A DNA stretch of 64,000 bases from Alphaproteobacteria bacterium UBA6324 (GTDB lineage Bacteria > Pseudomonadota > Alphaproteobacteria > CAAGCB01 > CAG-977). A program made the translations under genes and the position numbers. Shown here piece after piece: positions 35,283 through 45,248 of the stretch. Every line of letters begins with the position of its first letter. Position 1 is the stretch's first letter. The DNA lies in the NCBI GenBank assembly GCA_002439085.1, contig DJSW01000029.1:70114-134113 (forward strand). The letters are read 5' to 3'. A model generated the notes under the pieces. That model ran no database searches, was not told the origin of the DNA, and was given only the letters and a program-made list of their open reading frames with translations.

Positions 35283-37484
35283 TTATTTTGCAATTTTTTT
35301 AAAATTCGTTTGTTCCAAAAAAACTGACAAATTTACAATCCCCAATTTTTCAACGATTGTTTTTTCGCCGGAAAAGGCGGAAACCCCCAATCGAATACGA
35401 CCGCCTTTAATTTGATAACCGGCGGCTTCTAATATTGTCGGAAATAAATCCAAATGAGAAATTATCCTATCCCGCGGAAACCGCGGCAACGCGTTGATGA
35501 ACACATTGTAAATACCGTTGTTTTTCGACCAATCGGCCGCATCGGACAAATGATCGCCCACAATCACAACGACCGTGTCTTTACCGAACGGTTGTCGTTC
35601 CACCCAATCAACGAAATCCTGAGCCAAGACCGAAGCCCGTTTTACCCGTTCCGACAAAGGTTCCGTGTTTTTCTGATGCCTGAAATGGGTATCCAGAGTC
35701 ATCATAACCGCCAAAAACGGCGATGTTGTGTTTTCCGCCAAAAACGACAACCGCTTTTTGAAAAAAGAATAGGTATCGGCATCGGATCGAGCATATCCCG
35801 CAGAATCAGTTAAATAGCTTTCCTTGTCAGCCGGCATATTTTCAAAACCAAAGGTCTGCTCTTTTTCAAAGCCGTTTTGCAACAAAAACTTTCCCGTTGC
35901 CGAAAAACGCAATGCACCGCTTTGAACAAACAAAAGCCGGTACCCCCTGTTTTTCAAAAACAACGGCAACGTTTCCAAATATTCATCGTCAGCATAAACG
36001 GCAGGAAAAGCATACCATCCCGTCGCCAGAGCGGACATCGTCCATCCGGCTTGTTTAATTTGGCGAAAGTGCGCTTTTTGATGTTTTTCCTGTAATTTTT
36101 TCAACTGATTTGCCCAGCCGGACATCGCATACTTTTCATTCATGCTTTCCAAATACAGCAGAATTAGATTCTTTGGACGTTTCGGGGAAACAATCTCAAC
36201 ATCTTTCAAAGCGATACAGTTCTGAAGGATAAAATTCGATCTCTCGTTTTTATTCGTATGAAAAACATCCGTCATGCGGAATTGATTATCTGCATATTGC
36301 AACGCGGCAATTGCCATGGCCAAGCACAGTAAACGGAAAAACAAAAACGGATAAAGGTTTTTCGTCTTTTGCGCCAAAAACCGTGCCGTCAATGTAAAAA
36401 CAGCAGAAATTCCGATCGCGCCGCAAAGGTATTTTACAGGCGCCGCCCCTAACCAATCGGGATCCATCCCGCCAGAATAAGTTTTTACGACCTGCATTAT
36501 TTGTAAAAAAGGCATTTGGAAAAAATACCGCGACATATAAAAGATAACGGCCGTTACACACAGACACACACTCTGTTCCGCAAATACGTATTTTACGTTT
36601 TTCAGCGACAGTGTTGCCGCGATGTATCGCATTCCGCCCCACAGAAACAAGACAAAAAAGATCTTTTCCCCGACGGATGACGGCATAAAGAAATAACCAC
36701 TGTCATATTTCAAACCGATATCTTTGACAGCAAGCATTCCGAAAAACAGAACGCAGAACGTCCAACGCCGTATAAAAAAAGAAGCGGCCGGCCGCAAAAA
36801 AGCCGTCAAACACCCCATCACATAAACAGGAAAAAAGGGAACCGCCCCCATATCCGGCGAAAAATTCAGATAAACCAAGAAACTTAACGGAAAATACAAC
36901 GCGGCGGCTTTTATACAGGACGTAAACGACTTTAAGAAAAAAGCGACAAAAGCAAACAAACAAAAAACGACATAAAAAGCGAACAAAAAAAGACCATTCG
37001 CATATCTGCTTAGAATTTTTACATTTTCGACTCGGACACTGTCATCGTTTGATCCGATTAAAAAACTTTCCTGTCCGTATGTTTTGTATCCGAAAAAATA
37101 AACTTCCAGCTTCTTATTGATGTAAACGAATAAAAAATCTCCATATTGAATTATTTTAAATTCGTTTTTAGCATATGGCAGACTGATTTCTTTTGAAAAC
37201 CTATCTTTCTTATAAACCGCTGAAAAAAAACCTACATCAATACTCCCCGCCGGCGTGGAAAAAATACGCGCCGATGTTTCCGGCGATGTCACCGACACGT
37301 CAAATGAAAAAATAAATTGTTTATCCGCCGCCGTTTTTTGTGTTAATGTTTTAACATCAGTCAAATACTTTGTTTTCAGCAACAAAGAATCCGTAAAAAA
37401 ACATAAAAAAAACGGGAAAATAAAAAACAAAACCGACAGCGAAAAACGCCATCGGTTTTGTTTTGAAATAAACAACGGTTTCAA
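35283..37484 (-). CDS. LtaS/OpgB(MdoB)/EptA-type membrane-anchored sulfatase-superfamily transferase, AT-rich (foreign-looking) gene
   Basis: A polytopic N-terminal half is followed by a C-terminal alkaline-phosphatase/sulfatase domain (ILLYLESMNEKY, MTLDTH, VVVIVGDHLS). The gene is markedly AT-rich relative to its flanks. The apparent TTG start overlaps the ptsN stop. Confidence 0.6.
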   Translation of the reverse strand: MKPLFISKQNRWRFSLSVLFFIFPFFLCFFTDSLLLKTKYLTDVKTLTQKTAADKQFIFSFDVSVTSPETSARIFSTPAGSIDVGFFSAVYKKDRFSKEISLPYAKNEFKIIQYGDFLFVYINKKLEVYFFGYKTYGQESFLIGSNDDSVRVENVKILSRYANGLFLFAFYVVFCLFAFVAFFLKSFTSCIKAAALYFPLSFLVYLNFSPDMGAVPFFPVYVMGCLTAFLRPAASFFIRRWTFCVLFFGMLAVKDIGLKYDSGYFFMPSSVGEKIFFVLFLWGGMRYIAATLSLKNVKYVFAEQSVCLCVTAVIFYMSRYFFQMPFLQIMQVVKTYSGGMDPDWLGAAPVKYLCGAIGISAVFTLTARFLAQKTKNLYPFLFFRLLCLAMAIAALQYADNQFRMTDVFHTNKNERSNFILQNCIALKDVEIVSPKRPKNLILLYLESMNEKYAMSGWANQLKKLQEKHQKAHFRQIKQAGWTMSALATGWYAFPAVYADDEYLETLPLFLKNRGYRLLFVQSGALRFSATGKFLLQNGFEKEQTFGFENMPADKESYLTDSAGYARSDADTYSFFKKRLSFLAENTTSPFLAVMMTLDTHFRHQKNTEPLSERVKRASVLAQDFVDWVERQPFGKDTVVVIVGDHLSDAADWSKNNGIYNVFINALPRFPRDRIISHLDLFPTILEAAGYQIKGGRIRLGVSAFSGEKTIVEKLGIVNLSVFLEQTNFKKIAK

Positions 37485-37936
37485 ACTTGTTCGCTTTCCA
37501 TGATCGCGGAATAGATCGCTTCGGCGTTATCGCTGCCGCGCAACATGGTGCAAACCTTTTCATCGCGTAGCAACCGCGACGCCTTGGCCAAGGCGGTCAA
37601 ATGATCCCCGCCCGCGTTTTCCGGCGTCAACAGCAAAAACATCAAATCCACGGGACGCCCGTCCGGCGAATCAAAATCGACCGGCGACGACAGGCGGGCG
37701 AATTGGACGTACAGCTTGTCCAGATCCGTCATTTTGCCGTGCGGAATGGCGACGCCGTGACCGACGCCCGTCGATCCCAAACGTTCGCGTTCCAACAAAA
37801 CGTCCAGAATGGCGCGGTCTTCCAATCCCAACCGTTCGGCCGCGAAAGACGCCATTTCCTGCAACGCCTGTTTTTTGCTCGTCGCTTTCAGATCGGGAAT
37901 GATCGTCTGCGGCGTCAACAAATCTGAAATCAGCAC
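37481..37936 (-). CDS. ptsN: PTS IIA-like nitrogen regulatory protein PtsN (EIIA-Ntr)
   Basis: The EIIA(Fru/Ntr) fold is present, with the phosphorylatable His region GVAIPHG. The GTG at 37936 follows a GAGG Shine-Dalgarno. The longer Arg-rich extension in the ORF track is rejected. Confidence 0.75.
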   Translation of the reverse strand: MLISDLLTPQTIIPDLKATSKKQALQEMASFAAERLGLEDRAILDVLLERERLGSTGVGHGVAIPHGKMTDLDKLYVQFARLSSPVDFDSPDGRPVDLMFLLLTPENAGGDHLTALAKASRLLRDEKVCTMLRGSDNAEAIYSAIMESEQV

Positions 37937-37944
37937 GTCAAGCC

Positions 37945-38505
37945 TCAGTTCGCCTGCGGATCGACCCAACCGATATTGCCGTCGGCGCGGCGGTAAACCA
38001 TGTTCAAACCGCCGTGGGCGATGTTTCTGAACATCAAAGCGGGCAGATCGGCCAAATCCATACGCATGACGGCGCCGCTGACCGTGCACAACGGCAGTTC
38101 GGATTGCATTTCGGCGACGACGACGGGCGCGGATTCATCCTGCGGCAGGGAATCTTCGTCCGCTTCCTTTTCCGGTTCGATCACGGCGAAGTTGACCGTT
38201 TCGGCGGTCGCCTTGTGGTCGGTCAGGCGTTTTTTATAACGCTGTAGCTGTTTGGCGATGCGGTCGTTGGCGGCGTCAAAGGCGGCGTAGGCGTCGGCGT
38301 TCGAGGACGAGCCCTGAATCAAAACGCTGCTCATCGGATGGGCGGAAATATCCGCTTTGATGAGGTTGCCTTCTTTTGAAAAAGCGACGGAAGCGTTCAA
38401 AGGCGTGTCAAAATACTTTTTGACGGTATTTTCGATGCGTTCTTCGACATAAGAGCGCAGACTGGTACCGATGTCGATCTGTTTCCCTGTAATAGCAATT
38501 TTCAT
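37945..38505 (-). CDS. hpf: Ribosome hibernation promoting factor, long form
   Basis: The N-terminal YfiA/RaiA domain is present (MKIAITGKQIDIGTSLRSYVEERI), together with the C-terminal dimerisation domain. Confidence 0.85.
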   Translation of the reverse strand: MKIAITGKQIDIGTSLRSYVEERIENTVKKYFDTPLNASVAFSKEGNLIKADISAHPMSSVLIQGSSSNADAYAAFDAANDRIAKQLQRYKKRLTDHKATAETVNFAVIEPEKEADEDSLPQDESAPVVVAEMQSELPLCTVSGAVMRMDLADLPALMFRNIAHGGLNMVYRRADGNIGWVDPQAN

Positions 38506-38620
38506 AGTGCCGTTCTCGTTTGTTAAATGTTAAAAACCTTAGCGGATTTTCCGCCTGAAACGAAAAGGTACGACCCTATGCGCCGTAAGTCAAGAAAATG
38601 TTACACGCCTGCGGGAAAAT

Positions 38621-40123
38621 TCAAGCTTTCAGCCGCTTGTCGCGTTTGCGCCGCGCGGATGTCGGAATCCCCATGGCTTCGCGGTATTTGGCGACGGTGC
38701 GCCGCGCGATTTCGATGTTTTCGCGTTTCAACAAAACGACGATGTCCTCGTCGGACAGGACGTTTTGCGGCGTTTCCGCGTCGATCAGCTCTTTGATCCG
38801 GCCGCGGACGGCCTGCGCCGACACCTGATCGTCGCCGCCGCGCGTTTCCAGCCCCTGCGAAAAAAAGTATTTCAGTTCAAACACGCCGCGCGCGCACGCC
38901 AGATATTTTTGCGCCGTCACGCGGCTGACCGTGCTTTCGTGCAAACCGGCGGCCTCGGCCACGTCGCGCAGCACCATCGGTTTCAACGCCCGTTCGCCGT
39001 TCAAAAAAAACTCCCGCTGGCGTTCGACGATTTCGGTCGCGACCTTCAGCACCGTTTCCGCGCGTTGGTTCAACGCCTTGACCAGCCAGTTCGCGGCGGA
39101 CAAATGCTGCGACAGGAATTTTTTGGCCGCCTTGTCCGTTCCGGCCGCCTTTGCCACTTCGGCCGCGTAAGTCCGGTTGATCAGCACGCGCGGCAACACG
39201 GATTGGTTCAGTTCGACGATGAAATCCCCCGCTTTTCCACGGCGCACCAGCACGTCGGGAATCACGGCGGCGGGCATTTCCGCGTCGCACGCGCCGGCCG
39301 GTTTCGGATTCAGCCGTCTGATTTCCGCGACCATGTCCGCGATGTCGTTCCCGTCCACACCGCACAGTTTCGACAGCTTTTTGTATTCGCGGGCGGCGAC
39401 CAAATCCAAATGTTCCAGCATCACCGCCATGGCGGGATCGAGCCGGTCGTTTTCCCGCAGCTGGATTGCCAGACACTCGGCCAGATTGCGGGCGAAAACC
39501 CCCGTCGGGGAAAATCCCTGCAGCACGGGCAGAATTTTTAAAACCGTTTCCGGCGGCAGAACGTCCGGCGCCGTGTCGGCCAGCCACCCGTTCGCGTCCA
39601 GCCGTTCCAGCAAAACGAAAGCCGCCCGCCGGTCGTTTTCATCACGAAAAGCCATATTGATCTGCGACACCAGCCGGTCGTGCAGGGACATCCGCGGCGC
39701 GGCGCACAAATCGACGGCGGAAACACTTTCCCCGTCATAACCGGCGGCGCCCGCCCCCGTCCATCCGTCCATTGAAAAATCGAACGGTTCGTCCGGCGTT
39801 TCCGGCCGCGCGTCCGCCTGTTCGTAAAAGCTGTCCTCTGTCGGAACGTCGTTCGTGTCGGGCGGCGCCTCTTCCTGCCCCGTCGAATCCATCAAAGCCG
39901 GCATTTCGCCGTATCCGGAATCGTCATCCGGCGCGGCGGGAACATCATCGCCGCCGTCCGTTTTACCCTCGCGTTCCAAAAAAGGATTTTGTTCCAGTTC
40001 CTCGGTAACGGCCGTTTCCAATTCCAGCGCGGACATTTGCAACAGCCGGATCGCCTGCTGCAGCCGCGGCGTCATCGCCAGATTTTGGGATTGCCGCAGA
40101 TCCAAACGGGGGGTTATGGCCAT
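38621..40123 (-). CDS. rpoN: RNA polymerase sigma-54 factor
   Basis: The N-terminal Gln/Leu-rich region I is present (LRQSQNLAMTPRLQQAIRLLQMS). The C-terminal RpoN box is present (ARRTVAKYRE). Confidence 0.9.
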   Translation of the reverse strand: MAITPRLDLRQSQNLAMTPRLQQAIRLLQMSALELETAVTEELEQNPFLEREGKTDGGDDVPAAPDDDSGYGEMPALMDSTGQEEAPPDTNDVPTEDSFYEQADARPETPDEPFDFSMDGWTGAGAAGYDGESVSAVDLCAAPRMSLHDRLVSQINMAFRDENDRRAAFVLLERLDANGWLADTAPDVLPPETVLKILPVLQGFSPTGVFARNLAECLAIQLRENDRLDPAMAVMLEHLDLVAAREYKKLSKLCGVDGNDIADMVAEIRRLNPKPAGACDAEMPAAVIPDVLVRRGKAGDFIVELNQSVLPRVLINRTYAAEVAKAAGTDKAAKKFLSQHLSAANWLVKALNQRAETVLKVATEIVERQREFFLNGERALKPMVLRDVAEAAGLHESTVSRVTAQKYLACARGVFELKYFFSQGLETRGGDDQVSAQAVRGRIKELIDAETPQNVLSDEDIVVLLKRENIEIARRTVAKYREAMGIPTSARRKRDKRLKA

Positions 40124-40144
40124 CGTTCGTCCCCTTGCGCCGGA

Positions 40145-40864
40145 TTAAAGCGCGAATTTTTCGCCCAGATAGACGCGGCGGACGTCTTCGTGATGAATGA
40201 CATCCTGCGGATTGCCTTCCATCAAAACGACGCCGTCATGCAAAATATAGGCGCGGTCAATGATGTCCAACGTTTCGCGCACGTTGTGGTCGGTGATCAA
40301 AACGCCGATCCCGCGGTGTTTCAAATGGGACACCAGATCCCTGATTTCCCCCACGGATATGGGGTCGATCCCCGCCAGCGGTTCGTCCAGCAAAATGAAC
40401 GACGGCGACGATGCCAAAGCGCGGGCGATTTCAACGCGGCGGCGTTCGCCCCCCGACAACGCCAAAGCCGGCGCGCGGCGCAAATGGGCGATTGAAAATT
40501 CGTTCAGCAGCTCTTCCAGCATTTCTTCGCGCCGATCCCAACGGGGTTCGACAACCTCCAAAATCGCGCGAATGTTGTTTTCGACGTTCAGGCTGCGGAA
40601 AATGGACGCCTCTTGCGGCAGATAGCCGATTCCCAAACGGGCGCGGCGGTACATCGGCAAAGCGGTGACATCGACGCCGTCAACGGTCACGGTGCCGGAA
40701 TCAGGCGTGATCAAACCGGTGATGCAATAAAATGATGTCGTTTTTCCCGCGCCGTTCGGCCCCAACAGACCGACGGCCTCGCCGCGATCAACCTTGAACG
40801 ACACGTTGCGCAAAACGGGACGTTTTTTATACGCCTTTGACAAACAGGTGGCGCGCAGCCCCAT
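40145..40864 (-). CDS. lptB: LPS export ABC transporter ATP-binding protein LptB
   Basis: The N-terminus [14 protein letters not shown] parallels the start of E. coli LptB. Walker [10 protein letters not shown] and the LSGGERRR signature are present. An alternative upstream ATG at 40960 would overlap lptA by 62 nt and is not favoured. Confidence 0.8.
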   Translation of the reverse strand: MGLRATCLSKAYKKRPVLRNVSFKVDRGEAVGLLGPNGAGKTTSFYCITGLITPDSGTVTVDGVDVTALPMYRRARLGIGYLPQEASIFRSLNVENNIRAILEVVEPRWDRREEMLEELLNEFSIAHLRRAPALALSGGERRRVEIARALASSPSFILLDEPLAGIDPISVGEIRDLVSHLKHRGIGVLITDHNVRETLDIIDRAYILHDGVVLMEGNPQDVIHHEDVRRVYLGEKFAL

Positions 40865-40898
40865 TTCTGTCGATGCGGCCAGACGCGGCGGCGCGGCG

Positions 40899-41810
40899 TT
40901 ATTGTTCCCCTGCAACTGCGGGGTCGGAGAGTTTTTCGTTTTTTTTGCGTCCGTCACCATTGTTGTCCTTCAAAGCGTCCGGTGCCTGCCGTTTTTCGGT
41001 CTTGACCGGCTTTTGTTTGCCGTCGGGAACGAAAACGCCGCGCACCTGCTTTTTAGATTTACCCTTTTCCGTTTGCATTTGCAAGCGGCTGACGCCCGTT
41101 TTCATATTTATATCGGCGACTTCGCCGACAATAAAGTTGTTGCCTTGGGAAATTTTGACGTTTCCCTGCAACGTGGCCGTTTCCCGATCAACCAGATAAA
41201 CGCCGGAATCGCCTTGCACCTTTTCCTTGTCATTGGTGATGACAACGTTGTTTTCGGCTTCAAACCGTTCGACCTGCGATTTGCCGTCCCGCTTGACGAA
41301 ATAAGCTTTGACGACATCGGCTTCCAACCTGCGCGCATCCTTTTGCGCCATGACGTTGCGGCGCGCGACGGCCATATCCGCGTTTTGCCACAGTTCCAAC
41401 ACTCTGGCGGTCATCTGTTCACGACCGGCGACCAGCTTAACCGGATTTCCTTTAAGAATGATTACCGATTTTTCAATTTCGTACACCGCGGAATCCGCCC
41501 AAACGGATTGTTTCGGCGTCGTGATGACGATGTTGCCGAACGCCCTGACCAGATAAACCTCGCCGTCTTTGCCGTTTTCGCCGTCCTTGTAATAGGCGGT
41601 GATCTTGTCCGCCCCCATGGCCGTGTCGCCGCGCACGACCAGCGCCTTTTTTTCCGCCGTCAGCGTTTTTTTGTTGGCGTCCCATTCCAGCCCGCCTTCC
41701 GATGTCAATTCGACCTGCTGCGGTTTTTCCGCCTTTTTGGCGGACGCGACACCCGTCATCGTTAAAACGGCCAGAAAAGCGGCGAAAAATATTTGTTGAT
41801 TGCGGCGCAT
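40899..41810 (-). CDS. lptA: LptA/OstA-N-domain periplasmic LPS transport protein with a Lys-rich C-terminal tail
   Basis: A signal peptide is followed by an OstA-like beta-jellyroll. The position between lptC and lptB supports the call. Confidence 0.65.
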   Translation of the reverse strand: MRRNQQIFFAAFLAVLTMTGVASAKKAEKPQQVELTSEGGLEWDANKKTLTAEKKALVVRGDTAMGADKITAYYKDGENGKDGEVYLVRAFGNIVITTPKQSVWADSAVYEIEKSVIILKGNPVKLVAGREQMTARVLELWQNADMAVARRNVMAQKDARRLEADVVKAYFVKRDGKSQVERFEAENNVVITNDKEKVQGDSGVYLVDRETATLQGNVKISQGNNFIVGEVADINMKTGVSRLQMQTEKGKSKKQVRGVFVPDGKQKPVKTEKRQAPDALKDNNGDGRKKNEKLSDPAVAGEQ

Positions 41811-41811
41811 T

Positions 41812-42504
41812 TCACTCTTCCTCGTTGTCGGGATAGAAAACGGCCTTCGTCCTGCCCGTCAGGCGGACGACCGTTCCGTTTTTCGTGATTGAAAATCCTT
41901 CGGCGCGGGCGAATCCGGCCGGCGTGCGGACAAACACGTCCCTGTCTCCCCGAACATTGCGGTTTTTCATGTCGATCAACGCCTGCGTCGTTTCGATTTC
42001 GTCGCCGGTTTCGGTATAAAGGTTGACTTGTTTCAGCAATTCCATCGTGTCGTCCGCCTGCGAATAGATGCCCGTTTCGGCGTCCAAAGCGTACCAACGG
42101 TCGCCTTTGCGCAACAAATCAGCCTTGATCCCGTTCAGCTGGACGCGGCGGGTGTCGCCCTCCAGCTCATAAGCGGTCTGCGCCGTCATATTGAACGGTT
42201 CGCCGGCCGCGTCAACGGCGAAAAAACGCGGATTGACCATTGCCTGATCGTCGGGCAGTTTCAGCTTGTCCACCTCTTCGGCGATCAGGGAAACGTTTTC
42301 CTCCTGCTGTGCCATCATTTGCGGCCACAGAATCACCAACCCGACCAAAACGGCCGCCAAACTGGGGAACAGAACTTTCAGGGAAACGACCAGACGGCTG
42401 TGGCGATTCATCCGCTTTGTCTGGCGACGCTGCCAATCGGCCGCGCCCGCCGTGCGGGTTTTGCCCCACTTGACATCGCTGATATCGACCACCTTTCCGA
42501 CCAT
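41812..42504 (-). CDS. lptC: LptC-like inner-membrane LPS export protein
   Basis: A single N-terminal TM helix is followed by a periplasmic beta-jellyroll. The gene sits in the conserved kdsD-lptC-lptA-lptB order. Confidence 0.55.
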   Translation of the reverse strand: MVGKVVDISDVKWGKTRTAGAADWQRRQTKRMNRHSRLVVSLKVLFPSLAAVLVGLVILWPQMMAQQEENVSLIAEEVDKLKLPDDQAMVNPRFFAVDAAGEPFNMTAQTAYELEGDTRRVQLNGIKADLLRKGDRWYALDAETGIYSQADDTMELLKQVNLYTETGDEIETTQALIDMKNRNVRGDRDVFVRTPAGFARAEGFSITKNGTVVRLTGRTKAVFYPDNEEE

Positions 42505-43475
42505 CAGGCGACTCCGGCGCGCAGACAGTCGTGCATATGCAACAATCCGACCGGACGATTGTCCGCGTCAAGGACGAACAGACTGGTGATGCCCTTGCCC
42601 GTCGTATTCATAACGCGCAACGCGTCAATCGCCAATGTCTGCGCCGTCGTCGTTTTCGGCGTGCGCGTCATCACGTCGCCGATCGTTTTCGTCAGCAAAT
42701 CGGGCGCCATGGCGCGGCGCAAGTCGCCGTCGGTGAACACGCCGCAGAATTTGCCCGCATCGTCAACCACGCCCAGACATCCGAATCCCTTGTCGCTCAT
42801 TTCAACCAAAGCGTCCGCCATATTCAAATCCGGTTTAACCAAGGGCATTTCATCGCCCGAATGCATCAAATCGGCGACCGTCAGCATCATTTTGCCCAGT
42901 TTGCCGCCGGGGTGGCGCAGTTTGTATTCGTCCTTGGAAAAATTGTGCATTTTCAGCAAAGCGATCGCCAAAGCGTCGCCCAGCGCCATCATCAGCGTCG
43001 TCGAAGTCGTCGGCGCCATGCCGAACGGGCAGGCTTCCTTGATCGGCGGCAGGCACAACACAACGTCGGACTGACGCCCCAACGTGCTGTCGCGTTTACC
43101 GGTCATGCCGATGATCTTGATGCCGAAACGGCGGCAGAACGCGATGATGTCGCCCAATTCGGGGGCTTCGCCGGAATTGGACAGCGCGATCACGATGTCG
43201 TCGGGTTCGATCATGCCCAAATCGCCGTGGCTGGCTTCGCCGGGGTGGACGAAATACGCCGTCGTCCCCAACGACGACAGCGACGCGGCGATTTTACGGC
43301 CGACGTGTCCGCTTTTGCCCATGCCGGTGATGACGACGCGCCCCTTGGCCGCGTTGATCGCGTTCACCGCTTGAACGAACGAATCGTCCAGACTGTCGGA
43401 CAGCAGTTTCAAGGATTCGCTTTCCAAATCCAGAACGTAATGGGCTGTTTGCAAAAGATCGGCGGAGGTCAGCAT
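42504..43475 (-). CDS. kdsD: Arabinose-5-phosphate isomerase (KdsD/KpsF; SIS plus tandem CBS domains)
   Basis: SIS motifs are present (VVITGMGKSGHVGRKIAASLSSLGT). The C-terminal CBS pair is present. Confidence 0.85.
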   Translation of the reverse strand: MLTSADLLQTAHYVLDLESESLKLLSDSLDDSFVQAVNAINAAKGRVVITGMGKSGHVGRKIAASLSSLGTTAYFVHPGEASHGDLGMIEPDDIVIALSNSGEAPELGDIIAFCRRFGIKIIGMTGKRDSTLGRQSDVVLCLPPIKEACPFGMAPTTSTTLMMALGDALAIALLKMHNFSKDEYKLRHPGGKLGKMMLTVADLMHSGDEMPLVKPDLNMADALVEMSDKGFGCLGVVDDAGKFCGVFTDGDLRRAMAPDLLTKTIGDVMTRTPKTTTAQTLAIDALRVMNTTGKGITSLFVLDADNRPVGLLHMHDCLRAGVA

Positions 43476-43496
43476 CGAAAAATCCCCGTTGAAAAA

Positions 43497-44120
43497 TCAG
43501 TGAACCAAAACATCGCAGCAATCAAACCCCGCGATGTCCATCATGCCGACGTGCGGCAGAAAATCAAAACACGCCCGCGCATAGGCCGCGCGCCCTTCGC
43601 GTTCCAGCAAAGCATCCAGCTTTTCCTTTAAAGCGTGCAGGTACAAAACGTCGTTCGCGGCGTATTTCAGCTGTTCTTCGCTCAATTCGTCCGCCCCCCA
43701 GTCGGAACACTGCTGTTCCTTTTCCAGTTCGACGCCCAACAGGGACGAACACAGCGATTTCAGGCTGTGCGACGGGGCGTTCGTGCGGGCGATTTTGGAC
43801 GCGACCTTGGTGCAATAGACCGGCGCGCACACGACCCCCAGATACAAATACAGCGCCGCGACATCGAATCGGGCGTATTGAAAAATCTTTAAAACAGAGA
43901 CGTCCCGCAGCAACGATTTCAGATTCGGCGCGTCATAGCACCCTTTTTTGAAACGGACGATGTGGGCGTTTCCCTTGCCGTCCCCCAGCTGAACCAGACA
44001 CAGCCGGTCGCGGTGCAATTCCAACCCCATCGTTTCGGTATCGACGGCCACGGCGCCCGAAAAATGAACAGACGCGGGCAAATCCCCTTCGTGAAAGTAA
44101 ATTTGCGTCATTGACTCCAT
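43497..44120 (-). CDS. RNase D-like 3'-5' exonuclease (DEDDy family)
   Basis: Exo I-III-like motifs are present (VAVDTETMGL; HSLKSLCSSLLGVELEK...YAANDVLYLH). The ATG at 44120 follows an AGGGGA Shine-Dalgarno. Confidence 0.6.
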   Translation of the reverse strand: MESMTQIYFHEGDLPASVHFSGAVAVDTETMGLELHRDRLCLVQLGDGKGNAHIVRFKKGCYDAPNLKSLLRDVSVLKIFQYARFDVAALYLYLGVVCAPVYCTKVASKIARTNAPSHSLKSLCSSLLGVELEKEQQCSDWGADELSEEQLKYAANDVLYLHALKEKLDALLEREGRAAYARACFDFLPHVGMMDIAGFDCCDVLVH

Positions 44121-44181
44121 TCCCCTTTCGTCCAAAAAAGAAAGGGGCTGAAAACCGCCCCTTGCCTTTAGAAGCTTGTCT

Positions 44182-44268
44182 TGGTGCCCAAAATAGGACT
44201 CGAACCTACACACCCTTGCGAGTACTAGCACCTGAAGCTAGCGCGTCTACCAATTCCGCCATTTGGGC
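44182..44268 (-). tRNA. tRNA-Leu (anticodon CAG)
   Basis: This is an 87-nt type II tRNA, GCCCAAATGGCGGAATTGGTAGACGCGCTAGCTTCAGGTGCTAGT...GGGCACCA. The anticodon loop TTCAGGT gives CAG. It has a long variable arm. Confidence 0.85.
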
Positions 44269-44325
44269 AAAACAAGCTACAGCCGTTCTTTTATTACGAA
44301 GCGAACCGTTCGTCAACAAAAAAAA

Positions 44326-45120
44326 TCAAAAAATATAAAAAAGATAAATCCCCAGCGCGATCCGGTACGCCGCGAACACCGCGAACGAAGAGTTTTTCAG
44401 CCATTTCATCAAAAATCCGATCGCCAGAACGCCGCCCGCGAACGACAGCAAAACGCCCGTCCCGATTTCCGGAACGGACAGCGTTTGCGATTCGGCGGCC
44501 GTCAAAAGCTTTAAAACGCCCAGTGCGCCCGCCGCGCCGATCGTCGGAACGGACAGCAGCATCGAAAAACGCGCCGATTCCGCGCGCCCGATTCCCAACG
44601 CCCGCGCCGCCGTCATCGTCACGCCCGACCGGCTGACCCCCGGAATCAGCGCCAGCACCTGCGCCGCGCCGATCAGCAACGCTTGTTTGACCGTCATATC
44701 CGCGACATTCCCCTCCGTCTTGCCGGTTTTGTCCGCCAGATACAGCAAAACGCCGAAAACGATCGCGGTAACGGCGATCACCCGCGGACTGCGGAAATTT
44801 TCCTCGATATAATCGTTGCAAAAGAATCCGATCAGGAACACGGGGACGCACGCGACGCCCAAATTCAGCGCCAAGCGCGCCCGCGGCGTCGAAAACGCCC
44901 TTTTCAGCAAATCCAACCCGCCCAAAACCGCGGCGGCGACATCCCGCCTGAAATACAGCGCGACGGAAAACAGCGTCCCGACGTGCAACGCGATATCCGC
45001 GGCCATTCCCTGATCCGGCCATCCGAACAGCCGCGGTGCCAAAATCAGGTGCGCCGACGAACTGACCGGCAGAAATTCGGTGGCGCTTTGCACCAAAGCC
45101 AGAACGATCGTTTGCAGCAT
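44326..45120 (-). CDS. uppP: Undecaprenyl-diphosphatase
   Basis: The BacA family N-terminus is present (ALVQSATEFLPVSSSAHL), along with the conserved PGVSRSG motif. Confidence 0.85.
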   Translation of the reverse strand: MLQTIVLALVQSATEFLPVSSSAHLILAPRLFGWPDQGMAADIALHVGTLFSVALYFRRDVAAAVLGGLDLLKRAFSTPRARLALNLGVACVPVFLIGFFCNDYIEENFRSPRVIAVTAIVFGVLLYLADKTGKTEGNVADMTVKQALLIGAAQVLALIPGVSRSGVTMTAARALGIGRAESARFSMLLSVPTIGAAGALGVLKLLTAAESQTLSVPEIGTGVLLSFAGGVLAIGFLMKWLKNSSFAVFAAYRIALGIYLFYIF

Positions 45121-45248
45121 GGGCGTATCCTTTCATCACATTGAATAATGACGCGGACACTGTGAAGTTTTTTTTCAAAATTTACAAGCTATAAACCATT
45201 TTTCGATAAAAAATAAAAAGGACTGTCGTTATTTTCAGGAAATCCGCC

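Noticed and set aside
40865-40960. Longer LptB start (ATG at 40960 with an AAGGA Shine-Dalgarno)
   Set aside because: It would overlap lptA by 62 nt and add a non-conserved 32-aa extension. The internal Met aligns with the E. coli LptB N-terminus. It is kept as an alternative only.
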